Assembly (NCBI GenBank): GCA_051294375.1
Contig: CM119269.1
Span: forward strand, 22,307,808 to 22,371,807
DNA: 64,000 bases
Source of the DNA: Paraspadella gotoi
Taxonomy: Eukaryota > Animalia > Chaetognatha
Direction: 5' to 3'
The notes beneath the pieces are model-generated. The model worked only from the letters and a program-made list of their open reading frames with translations. It was not told where the DNA came from and did no database searches. Of this stretch, positions 52,301-64,000 are shown one piece after another. Made by a program: the position numbers and the translations under genes. The first letter of the stretch is position 1. Each line of letters starts with the position of its first letter.

Positions 52301-54841
52301 TAACCAAGTTAATAAAAGCTACAAAAACAATAAAAAAAAATAAAAAAATATAATAAAAAGTACAAAAACAAAAATGAAAGCAAACATAAAAACAATAGAA
52401 ACAACTTTTAAAAATATTATCAATTACAAAAACTAAAATAATATCAACGCTTCTTTTCATCCACTCAAGGCCGCAGAAGTTCCGACTCTCGCTTCTCCCG
52501 CAAATTTAAAGTTCAGAGCCTGTGACACCCAAGGAAATTGTCAAGACCAAACATCCAAAGTTTCTAACGAGAATAGTGGAGTTAAGGTTAGGCAAGGGTA
52601 GTAATGATAATAAGGCATTTTGGTAAGGTTGTTTACTTATTGTATTACTTATTGCTGCTGGGTTATAGTGAGTTCATTGTCGGGCTAGCTTTTTTATTAA
52701 CCTATGGTTTTGGTCTTACAGTATCACCCTAACAGTATTAACAACGGGGTATGGGGTACAAAGCATTGCATAGCATAGTATTACAATGCTAGGAATAGGC
52801 TGATTTTTTTTACTATAATGCGTTGTGTTAGCGCGTAAAAGAATAAGATTGATTTCCATTAAAGCTTGATTCCTTCATCGATTCCATCAATGATCCATTG
52901 TTTCCTTACAGATTGGCGCCCTTTCCTTGGGTCCCTTTCTCGCCATACTCTTCTGCCTCCTCATTCTCCTCCTCCTCCTCCTCCTTCTCCTTCTCTGTTG
53001 TCGTCGTCGGAGGAGGAAGAACAAGGAGAAGCAATTGGTGGAAGATGACGTGGCTTATGAAGAGAACTATTGCTACGTGGAGGAAGGTAAGAGGGGAAGA
53101 TAAGAGAGGGGCTCTCTTTTTTGAGAGTGCCCCATTTCTGTTAGTTTATCCCAGAATTGAATTTTAATATTATACTTAAACATATTTTTAACCCTATGAA
53201 GCAATCCGTAACCTTAATTGTTAACCTAATCGTAACTAAATCCTAAGCCCTTACCTTAAACCATTATTCTTAATTTTTAATCTTAACTGTTAACCTTAAA
53301 TACTAGTCCCTTATTCAAATACCTAACTTTAATTATTAACCTTAATCAATAACCATATTTGTAGCCTAATCCCTAACCCTGATTTTTGACCTAATATTCA
53401 ATTAAAAAAATTTAAAAGATTAAATGCCAAATTTAAGATGAAATGGGGCATTCTAAAAAAATAAGGACAAAATGGGAAGGAGAGGGGGAGAAAGAAAATA
53501 AAAGAAAGGGGAGGAAAAGGGAGGTAAAAAGGGAGAAAGAAAAAGGACGTGGATGGATGAGGGAGGGAGGAAGAAAAAGGGAAGGTAGGATAGAAAAACA
53601 CTAATCATTAACCAAATCCTTAAATCCTTAACCTAATCATTAAACATAAAAACTTAATCATGACTTTAAGCTAATATGGGGCGCTTTCGGAAAATGTGGC
53701 CGAAAAAGAAAAGAGAAAGGGTTTCTTATTTTCCTTAATTCCCCCCCCTCCCCGGACTCGTTTCCATAAATAAAAAAAGGCGCGGAAGAGTTGGACAATG
53801 ACAACTACGATATTTCTCAACTTCGCAAACCGACTGAACCTTCGTTGGTCCTCAAAGATCCCGCTCTCTACGGAGTCCCGATCAACGCGGCGCAATTGCA
53901 GGTTGTTAAAGAGAATTTAATCTCATTTGCATATTGCAGTAGTTGTTTTTATTTTATTCACTAATGTGGCGTTTTAGAGCTTTTAGTAAACTAAGTTTTT
54001 ATTTACCTTCATTTTTTTGCGCGACAGGGAAAGGCGCCGGAGCCGCGCTACGTGATGCAGCAGCCGCCTCAGCAGCCGCCCGAAGACGTTGATTCGTTCA
54101 TCCACCGACGAATGAGAGAAGCGGACGACGACCCCACCTCGCCACCCTTCGACACCATCATGGAATTTCGCGACGAGGGAGCGGGGAGTCTGGCTGGTGA
54201 GGAAGAATGAGTTGGTGGCTGTTGTTGGCTGTTAATGCTGCTGTTGTATTGCTGTGGATGGTTTCCTTGTAGTTATTACCGTTGACGTTGAGGAGACAGT
54301 AAATAATGTATTCATATATCGTTTGATTGTATAAAATCTGATTTACATCAATGTATTATTACAATGTATTGTGCCGCATCCACTACTGTCAGGGTCCCTG
54401 TCTTCGATCTCCTCTTGCGCTCGTGACGCCGATCAAAATTTTGACGACCTTCGCCATTGGGGTCCGCATTTTTCCAAACTCGCCGATATGTAAGTTTTTT
54501 TAAGATTATAAATCGATATGTCAACTTGAAATAATTGAAATAGATTAAACTCATGTTGCGATTAAAATAAAACCTATATATTAATATTAGATCTAAGTTA
54601 TGTAGTTCGTATATTAATTATTATGAATAAAAAGTACGTATTCCGGTTAACTTCTACGTCTTTTGTTTTCTTCAGGTACGGCGGGGGCGAGGACAGCGAC
54701 GAGGACGACGACTCCTCCCGCCACCAAGCGGCGACAGAGGCGAACAGCGTTTCGGATTCTGACAAAAGGAGTTTACCGAGTGTGGCCTCTCCAACGAGGA
54801 GAGAAGGACCGGGTGGAGGGGACTTTTTTTATTACGCGTAG
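44661..54841 (+). CDS. Classical cadherin B: signal peptide, 4 EC repeats, TM, classical cadherin cytoplasmic domain (~750 aa)
   Basis: Exons 44661-45052, 45974-46154, 47881-48125, (small unresolved exon), 50621-50873, 51247-51472, 51866-51968, 52470-52586, 52912-53086, 53780-53901, 54028-54196, 54393-54489, 54676-54841. EC motifs: NENE, TLDRE, NDANDNSP, DEDA, LDYE, DVDDNLP, VSEN, ATDADEGDNA, LDFE, NVNDEPP, NDPDG. TM: [26 protein letters not shown]: YCYVEEG|AEELDNDNYDISQL. CBD: ADDDPTSPPFDTIMEFRDEGAGSLAG|SLSSISS...LRHWGPHFSKLADM|YGG. Confidence 0.93.
45180..45500 (+). repeat. ~58-bp tandem repeat with telomere-like (ccctaa) motifs
   Basis: taatactgaatcctaacctaaacctaaacctaaatccaaaacccttaaccctaaccc, about 5 copies. 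Confidence 0.8.
46370..47590 (+). mobile_element. Non-autonomous Helentron/DINE-1-like element with internal ~120-170-bp repeats
   Basis: T-run start, 5' palindrome gtcggatctgc...gcagatcccgac and (gtcc)n microsatellites. There are five copies of gaaattttgtgt..g.ta..aa.gtgtgtga....gctggatat.aagttt..g..ggaat..gagtggaaatgagttt. The element ends ..aaacttgttt. Confidence 0.55.
48700..50535 (+). mobile_element. Probable degenerate non-autonomous Helentron-like element
   Basis: Terminal GC hairpin gagcc..ccggcttcgccgg..ggctc at 50500-50530, and internal duplicated blocks (48810-48925 vs 49505-49622; ggaactcgtttactcg repeats). The left boundary is uncertain. Confidence 0.35.
53108..53470. mobile_element. 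MITE-like element with ~30-bp degenerate TIRs and a telomere-like (taaccct) interior; representative of a family
   Basis: gggctctctttttgagagtgccccatttc ... gaaatggggcattctaaaaaaataaggac. Similar ends and interiors occur at ~12670-13013, 23247-23425, 30750-31108, 45084-45620, 50901 onward and 51995 onward. Confidence 0.5.
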
Positions 54842-54872
54842 GGAGTGAATTGATTTAATTAGACATTAATAG

Positions 54873-54924
<52 letters not shown>

Positions 54925-57273
54925 CATTCCAATTCTTTCGTTATTCAATGACTCGGCTGTAATTCTTTATGATCAGCGATTTCGTTGTAATCAAAGGCTG
55001 TTGTTGTTTTTACCGTTTGAATAATTATTATTATTATTCGTTCCTTTGTAAATATATACGTTTTAATGTTAGATGATGTTTAATATCTAAACTAACATTG
55101 TTAGCTAGTTTACATTTGCCTTTGACTCAATTTTGAATTTAACGAAGTTGGGAAATTTTGATATTACAATTAAACTTTAATTTAAAGCGTCATCAATCAC
55201 TCTATGTGTATCGCTCTGGGACCTTACGTTCTCTCATTATTTATTATAAAACGCATCTATGACTTTGATCAAATATACAAATAAGAATGAGTAAAATCCA
55301 AGCACGTCAAAAGTCTTGGAAAAAGCTAGCTTGTTTATTTATTGAATGTATCTATAGTTTTCACATTGGATGAACTAGTTTCATAGATTTCGTAGAAGGT
55401 TATAGAGAGAAAATACAGTGTTCTCGGCATTCCTGGAGATCAATCCCCTCTGGAGGCCTATGGGAAAACGAAGAGCAAGGTTTTTCTTAAATATCTAAAA
55501 AAAAAAAGGAATGAAATGGNNNNNNNNNNGGAAGATGATAACGTTTCGGGAAAAAAAAATAAAGGAATTCAGATATCATAATTTTTTTTAATATTTTTTA
55601 TTTTTGTTATATGAAATTGGTACAACCAATATATATTTAGGAAAAAATTTAGGTTACAATAAATTATGGTTAAGAATTAATTAAGAATAAGTGTAAGTTA
55701 ACTAGAAAAATAAATTAAGGTTAAAAATAAATTAGGGGTAAGTTAGGGTTAAGGGTAAGTTAGGGTTAGGGGTAAGTTTAGGGTTAGGGGTAAGTTAGGG
55801 TTAAGGGTAAGTTAGGGGTAAGGGTAAGTTAGGGGTAGAGGTAAGTTTAGGTTAGGGGTAAGTTTGGGTTAGGGGTAAGTTAAGGGTAAATTAAAGTTAA
55901 ATTTAAAATTAAGTTTTGGCTTAAGAATACAATAATTTAACATTTCAAAAAATAATATTTAAATATTAATAAATTTATAAAAAATATAATAATAATATTT
56001 ATAAAGTAACATAGTTTTTATTTATGATTACAATGGTCATTTAATAATTCGGAAAGAGTGAGAGATTTCAAGGTTAAAATTGCCTCTCTCTTTATCTCTC
56101 AAAATTCTTATCCAAATATTTATTAAAACTATTAAAACTGTTGATAAAATTTCAAAAAACAAGAACCAAAACATATCCGAATTATTAAATGATCGCGGTT
56201 ATCACAAATAAAAACTTATTTGTAAATATCTATCAAAGGCAATGAAAAAAAAATATTATAATTAAATTTTTTAAAGAATTTTAAAAAAATCCTTTGCTCT
56301 TGAAGCTTAAAAACGTTTTTAATATCATTGTTGTTAAATTTTTGTTAAATTTTTTTAAATTTTTATTAAATTTTTTTAAATCCTTTGCTCTTGAAGCTTA
56401 AAAACGTTTTTAATATCATTGTCTTAAATTTTCTTTTCCGTAAAAAAACGAACTTTATTTTTTCCTCTTCTTTCTCTTCGTTTACCCATAAGCCTCCAGA
56501 GGGAATTCAACTCCGGAATCGCCGTGTTCTCTATAGATATTTGTCTTTTTCTCGAAATATTTTTCCCCTTTTTTTCATGACTTTGGGTGTAACTGCGGTC
56601 GGTGATTCATTCGTGAACTCGAGATATTCCACTTTGCATACGGCGGCAGCAGCGGCGGAGGCGACGGCAGCGGAGACGGAAGCAGGGATTGCCGCGTCGC
56701 AGCAGCAGAGGCCAGGGATTTCAGCGGCAGCAGGAGCCGCAGCCCGACGCGTCCCCCCCGGTTTTCTTATTTTCTCGAGTTTTGTGTTTACGATTCTGAA
56801 GAAAATTTCGGAAACTTTTTTTTCGCCTTTGAAAATAAAAAGATAATAAAGATTAAGAACAAAAGAATAATATCAAAATCACAAATGACTAAATTAAAAT
56901 CGTTTAATATAAAATAATGAACTGTCATTCTCTCGTCTTTACATCGTTTGACCCTTTCAGAGAGAGAGAGAGAGAGAGTGTGTGTGTGTGTGTGTGTGTC
57001 CCCCTATTCCATGTCATATCGAAAGTCTTTCTCTCTATTTTACCATGTCCAACCGTCCTTAGCCATGTCATTTTCAACGTCCTTTCCCATGTTTCATTCC
57101 TTGTTCTTTTTCCTTTTCTGTTTTCCGCATTAAATCTAAATTCTTCCTGAAAATCTCAACTTAACAAAAAAATCTAACGCAATTCCCTACGCGAAGTTAC
57201 TCTTCTACTTTACCAAGCAATCGCTCTTGACCAAGCGTCGACTATTAAAACGAAGCAATCTTAAACCATAAAG

Positions 57274-60200
57274 ATGATTCCATATGAAGGTTCCACGCAT
57301 CTGCAATTTCTGGTTCCATACGTGGGTCTAGAACTGGACAAGGTACACGAAAAATGTCTTAAATTTGTAAAATTTAAGATATTTTTATTTATATATATAT
57401 ATATATTATTTATAAATTAAATTAGTATTTTTCATTTTAAATTTTTTTATTAAGAGAAAAAAATACTGATACAATAACAAGTATACTTTTCATATAAAAC
57501 CAAACAACCTTGTTAAAATAATTTCTTTAAAAAATACATACATACAAAACTTTGTTCTTTTTAGTTGTGGAATGTGGATTGTTAAATTTCTTGTATTTAA
57601 AATCGAGCTGTTTTTTGACTATTGAAGTTACGACTTGTGAGCCTTGGGAGTTGTCGAGTCAATTGTGGCCATTCTTTAAAACCGCTGAAAATGCGTGCAT
57701 GTTTGTTTCAAAGTTAAAACCAGAAATTTTAAAAATATATGTAAATAATATAAACGCGTTTTATCAAGAAGAAAAGCGCTTATCTTCAACTTGTTTTTAT
57801 TAAAACAAGTTAAAAATTTGTAGTATTAAATCCGAAATCAAATTTTGAGCCCGATTTGATGAATACTTTTTATTTATTTAAATTAAGTTTCAGGTCTTAA
57901 GGCTAAAGTTAGCCTAGTAGTTTAACGTAAGTTAGCTTCCTGGAATCTTGTGATTTTATATCTCCCACACACTGATTACCTTTCATTGTGTTAGGTACCG
58001 ACGTAAAATTCGTACATGGGATTCGTTTTAATTTAATAGAATAAAAAACTAAACAGTTTTAATCGAATTGTCCCGATTAACCTTTCAAGTCTTTCTTACT
58101 CATTGGGTACAAAGTTTTCGAAATTTTTTTGTTTTTTTAAATTTAAAAGTCGTTATTTTTTTTTTCTTCCCAAAATCGATAAGAATTCTGAAAAAGCGTC
58201 CTTTACGCAAAAGCCAATCAGGCGAAAATGATCAAGTTAATAGTCAACAATAATTTATTATAATTATTACCGAAGCTACGATCCTTACCAGCTGCGTTAC
58301 CTATCCTTAATCTCTGCCCTCTATTCTCCCTGGCCGCGGCACAACCCGATTTGTTCTGATGACCTCAGATGTCGAAGTTTGCTCAATTCATTCCGATGGA
58401 ATTTTTGAACATTCGGCCTAAACTGTATGACTGTTTTGATTTTTAAACCTTTAATAGTTCAAATGATTGTGATTAAATTTATATTTTATAGCTACGATGA
58501 GACGCAATCACGACGTTTTCCCATTTTTTCCACCGTAAAAGTGAACAAACACTTAAAAATGACCGAGAGAGGGAAGTTTACTTGGATAAACAAAAAAGAA
58601 ATTTATTTTTTTAAGGAGATCATATTTTTTTCTCATAGCGGCCGAGATTTGCATGAACCAACTTTTTCAACACACACCAGGCCTATCGCATATCGGTTAC
58701 AGCGGACCGCCACATCACAAGACGCTAATAGAGAATAATCGTTCTCATAAATTTTATAATATAAAAAATCGATAACATTCTACTCAACCGGGTTTTTAAC
58801 AAATTTTTAAAAAGCAAAACATATAGTAAATACAAACTCATTTAATCTTTTCCCCCCTTTATTTTAATCTACATAAAAGGCTGCGAAAGTCATAACCAAA
58901 TGAAAGAATAAAAACAGAACTCCCAAGTTTTTTTGTTTTTTTTTTTCATTAACTTTCAATGAATGAACGAATTTTCCACTTTGTTCTTGGCTGCCGCGGA
59001 GGAGGAAGAGGAGGAGGAGGAGGAGGAAGAGCAGGAGAGGCAGCGGCGGAGGAGGAGAATTTTGAAAGTCTGGTATTTTTGTTATCAACAAAATGATTAT
59101 TTTTATATTATTTTGTCAAATTGGAATCTTTTCTTTCTTTGGCCCAGATTTCTCGTCTATATCAAGATCACGCCCTTAGTTTCCTTATTATTTTAGTATT
59201 ATATTATTACCCAAATTGATCCATGGTCAGCCCAAACCAGTCCAAGATCTGCACCCTAAACCTGCACCCGAAACCCCTTCGATTCGTTGAGGATTTTTAC
59301 TTATATTCAGTTCAATTCAAATTTAAATCCCTCTTTAGCCTTAAACGTTCAAAAACTTTGGTAAATAATCTTTTTAAAATTATTTATATCGTTCGAATTT
59401 ATACACTTAAGACTTTTAATAAGTGTAAGGTAAAGTTGATGTATACACCTCCCCAGTATCAAAAAATTGTCTCCCAAGTTTTCACTCGGTTCGGTTTCCC
59501 GTTATTTATCAATATTAAATAAGTTTTAACTCAAATCTGGAAAAAAAATGTGACCGCGTATCAACCCAATGAAGCGTCAAAGTCAATTAGCGCAATCCTC
59601 GTGTTGTAAATTTTTTTTTCTAAAAAAAATCTAATAATTTTTCCTTGTTGTTAATTTTTTATTAAATAATTTGCTTCCAATGATTTAAAACTAAATTAAT
59701 TATTTAAAAAGTATATTTTTTAAAACAGGGCATCTGTATAAACCGGAAGTAAGGTAAAAATAACCGGAGGTAAAGGAAAAATAACCGGAAGTAGTATTAA
59801 AATAACCTTTCTTAGAAAAAGGTATAGTTTTAGACCAAGGCAATTAAAAGAACTAAAACTTAACATTTGAAGAGCTTATGCCTACAATACAGAGAGTAGG
59901 GAGATACAGTACAGTATATATATATACAATACATATAACATAATATATAATATATATAATATATATTAAGTGTAAGATAATAACATAAGAATTATGTTTA
60001 GAGAAAACAAAGTTTTATTTGTTTACAAACAACAATTTTTTTGTTTAAAAAATGGACAATGGTTAAATTTTTTGATTTGTTACGAGATAGAATCTTGGTT
60101 GTTTATTATTAAATTCGTATTTTGCCGCTTAGGAAGTATCTGATTAAGTATTTAAATGTAGATCGCGGATTGGTCAGTCCTTTTTCACTGTTCTTAGCCA

Positions 60201-63200
60201 AAGTTATAAAAAGAGACGTACTTACCTAAAGCTGTGAGGATAAATTACCAATGATTCATGACAGTTAGTAAAAATTTAAAATGTTATATTTTCAATTTTA
60301 TGATTAAGTTTAAAGTTGACTATTTTTTAATAAGTTTCTCTTTTTTATGTTGAGAAATAGACTTGCTACATGATTCACGCTCACGCCCATTTTATATCTA
60401 CTACAATAAATATTACTAAATTGATATTCTTCAAATTTCTATAAAGAAATAGCAAAGCAGAAAATACTAGCTCGTTCACGGCGTTACGGTAAAATCCTCA
60501 ATAGACATGTTTCAACTCTGTGGTTGCAAGAGAGAGAGAGAGAGAGAAAGAGAGATAATGGTTGTCAACAAAGAACTAAGAAAATAAAGTAAAAGTTTTG
60601 AAAGCCAAAATGGTGAAAATGAAATTATCAAATTGTGAATAGTTTGAGTTGCCTCACTTTCTGATTGATTTTAAAAATGACGACAAAGGAGGATTCAAAA
60701 AAGTCTATTACAGTTTAAAATGGCCAACAAGGGAGTAAAAGCATTTGATTGTTTGTAAACAAGCGCAAATAAAACAAAATCTTGGTTAAAAATATGAACG
60801 GTCCTAAAACCATTCAAAGTTGGAGGCAACTGCCAGACAGTGATATCGAGTTGATGCTGTTTGGATCAGGGATAAATCCTTTGGGGATAATGCTTAATAC
60901 TACTCAAATGAGCCCGCTGTACCTGTCGAGAGCCCTCTTCACCTGACAGTAAGGTGAGCAGTCATCCGTTATTGCTTCTTTTGCAACAGGAGTGACGGAC
61001 TCCCTTCCTCTATCCAAAGTATTCTTTATGAGGGATGCCCGGTTCGTGGAGAGACGAACTAAGTTGCTTCAGGAGGGTTGACCTTATTTTGCTTCCCTTA
61101 ACTCTGTCTCTTCTCTACTTATCCCCAATCCACTCTCCATTCTCTGTTCTTTGTTAAAAACCTTTATCTCTCTCTAGCTCTACTCTAATAAAGACAGCTT
61201 CTCAGTAATATGTCAATTTAAACTTAATTCCCATTATTTTTAATTATTATTTCAAATTTTTTAATTATTATTATTACCATTGTAGAATTAATATTATTAT
61301 TATTATTTTCAATTATTTTTTAATTATTATTTTTAAAGAACAAAAATTAGAATATGGAGATTTAAGTTCGTCTTTTGATCAAGGAAAAAAACTAAATTTT
61401 TTAAAAATCATTGAGAATTAATATTGTATTCAGTTTAATTTGCTCTTTATCTAGCAAAAAGGTTAGGAAAAAATGTTGTGGCATTTCTATAAATTTCCTA
61501 TACAAGTAATTTTTTTTTAACTGAGGTAAAAAATATTACCTATAATTTTGAATTGATTGAGGATATGACTAAGCTTGCCCAAAACTCATTGCCCATTGCT
61601 TGAAAAACAAAGATAAAAATAAAATATAATAAAAATCTAACTTTTTGTTACATTTAAAATTAATTTCATTAAAATGGAACTATAAAAACACATATAGGCT
61701 GAAAAACTTACTTCCGGTTAAGGCCAGGCCCCATAATAACAAGATATTTTTTAAATTTTATAAAACAAAAATAGGAGAAGAAGCTACTGGTATTTTTTAA
61801 CTAATACTGGTAAAAAATCCTTATGTTATAGCATATTAAACCTCTTTCTTTAAAATTATTATCATTGTTACGTAATAATGATCAATATATTACGAGGAAA
61901 ATCCAGCTTCTCTACCTTTTCCCCAACTGTTCTTTTGTTCCCTTACTAACGCAAGGATATTCCGTTTCTCTGGCGATCACAGCGACATCTCTAGTTTCGA
62001 TTATGTATTAAAGTATATACTTAAGTACAAGTTTCCGAGGCAGTGCGTGGCGGCTTCTGATTGGTTCCCGCCCTTTCGATAGATCTCAGTCCTGATTTCT
62101 ATCGACGTGTAGCCTTTCAGAATTCACTTAGTCTCACACTGCGTTTTGCTACTTTTTAATAGTTTTCAAACAATTCGCATATAGATATTCTCGGAAACAC
62201 GTTTTTTAATAATAAGTTTTTGTGATCGCTGGATTGTGGACTTTCTTTGTGATAGAGGCAACATTTTACAATTCTGGCTTCAGAAACAAGTAAGAGAATC
62301 TCTTTAAAATTTATATATATATTTACTGAGTGTGTATTAAATGTTTTGTTCCCTTTGTCCAGGATTTCTAACTTTAGCTTCAGAGAAGATCCTGGATTTC
62401 GCATCGACTTGATCGTCCGCCTTGCGTCGACGATCATCTTTGCCGAGATTTTGTCGTCAGCCATCTTGAGCTAGTGGACCGGTGCCATCGTCTCTTCTGC
62501 GCCATCTTCCTCGAATTCCTCTACTTTTGATAGCGCAGAATTAGTTCAGGAAAGTTAGCGAATCAACGATAGCCACCTCTACGACTTCATTCGTTTACAA
62601 TCATTTTGCGCTATATTTTTTTTGCATCAATACTTGTTTACTTTGACGCTCGATTGGGTTTATTAGCAACAACATTTTTTGCTTAAACAGGCTTTTAAAA
62701 TGAATTTAAATTAAGAAATAATGGAAAACCGGACCGAGTGAGAACTTTGTATGGGGTTTTTTGAGGCTGGGGAACTCTAATACATATATATATATAAAGA
62801 ATCTAAAAAATATAAAAGGCTCTTTGAGGAGAATCAGTTTACAGACGAAACTGTTTTATATATTTTTTTAGGCCCCCTGCGCCACAATAGGAAAAAAAAG
62901 TCGTTCTGCCACAATTTTAATTCCAGACAAATCCTTTCATGTTTATTTCTCCTTAAACTGTTATTTTTCACTCTGTGACAGTTTATTTTTTTTATGAGGT
63001 CGACTCGTCCCTTAACAGTTTAATTCCTATTATCAAATAAATTAATTAAACCAAGCGTTCTGGGAGTTTATAAACTGGGCGGCGAGATAGTCCTGGTTGA
63101 AAGCTATGTGATTACCTTAACTTACTAAAGTCAGAGCTTTTATATTGAATTAATAGTTAATTTTGATTTTGTTCTACTAATTTCTATTTTTTGTTTTATT

Positions 63201-63426
63201 TTTAATCTTCCGCCTGTCGAGCTCGCTCACACGTCTCTTCCCACACACTCCCCCCTCCCACTCCCCCCTCCTATTATCAGATCAACTTCGTCGTCGGTCT
63301 CCTCGCCTCTTTGATCTTCGCCGTAGGATTTCGCCGCTGGATGTCGCCAGCGACGACTTCGCCTTTCGTCCGCCACGCGATCAGCGCCGCTGTTGGTCTT
63401 TCCCTGCTGACCTTTTGTTTCGGAAG
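57274..63426 (+). CDS. MBOAT1/2-like lysophospholipid acyltransferase, exons 1-2 (gene continues beyond the window)
   Basis: Exon 57274-57342 MIPYEGSTHLQFLVPYVGLELDK joins in phase to exon 63281-63426 INFVVGLLASLIFAVGFRRWMSPATTSPFVRHAISAAVGLSLLTFCFGR. This resembles the MBOAT1/2 N-terminus (GST.L.PL....DQVNFVV...IRH....LG......CFG). Confidence 0.8.
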
Positions 63427-64000
63427 GTGATTATTGCTATAGTTTAATAATAATAATAATAATAATAATAATATTAATAGTGATGTATGAATATGAATAA
63501 GGATATACTGGACAAATTATCAATCGTGAAAAATTAAATTATTTTTATGATTTATGAAAAATTATCAAATTTCATCGAATTTTTTTTTTTACCTGTTTTA
63601 TTCGGTCGACTTTTTCCCTTAAAAAAATGTTTAGAGTTTAAAATTAATTTTAACGAAAAATATTTTTTTAAATATTCACATTAAAAATCTTTAGGTAAAA
63701 AAATATATAAAAATATTCTATGGAAAAATATTATATTTTTGACATAAAAAGGAGGTCAAACATAAAATGAAAAATTTTCGAATATAATAAATTCCGCCAA
63801 ATAACGAATTCGAATCAAATTAAAAAAAGTCAAACTTTTGCTCGACTTTTTCTCTCATGAACATTTTTTGGGGTTTTGCTTATTTGAAGTAAAGTGAAAT
63901 CGTTTTAAGATGAAACGGTATTATAAATAAAATAAAAAACTAGACAGAGTCAAAAGAGAATATTGTTTGTACTTGTTTTGGTTGTTATCATTGTTTAACA

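Noticed and set aside
55730-55890. Telomere or chromosome end
   Set aside because: Degenerate internal repeats flanked by genes on both sides.

Overview
AT-rich, microsatellite-laden, intron-rich animal genomic DNA with N gaps and some noisy gap-filled stretches. The gene architecture fits an early-branching animal such as a homoscleromorph sponge (inference). By manual splicing I find five genes. (1) A multi-exon classical cadherin (+, 15156-35907) with signal peptide, 4 EC repeats, TM, p120-like and beta-catenin-binding cytoplasmic motifs and an unusual ~280-aa C-terminal extension. (2) A complete 11-exon dimethylglycine dehydrogenase (-, 32987-24548) nested inside the cadherin intron that splits the p120-binding motif. 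(3) A secreted pentraxin/LamG-fold gene (+, from 37221). (4) A tandem paralogous 4-EC classical cadherin (+, 44661-54841) with a polybasic furin-like site in EC3. (5) The first two exons of an MBOAT1/2-like acyltransferase (+, 57274-63426). Mobile and repeat content includes a truncated Penelope-like element (GIY-YIG), a tRNA-derived SINE, Helentron/DINE-like elements, a MITE-like family, a ~150-bp dispersed repeat and several minisatellites. The first ~10.4 kb is a large inverted duplication that is probably an assembly artefact.
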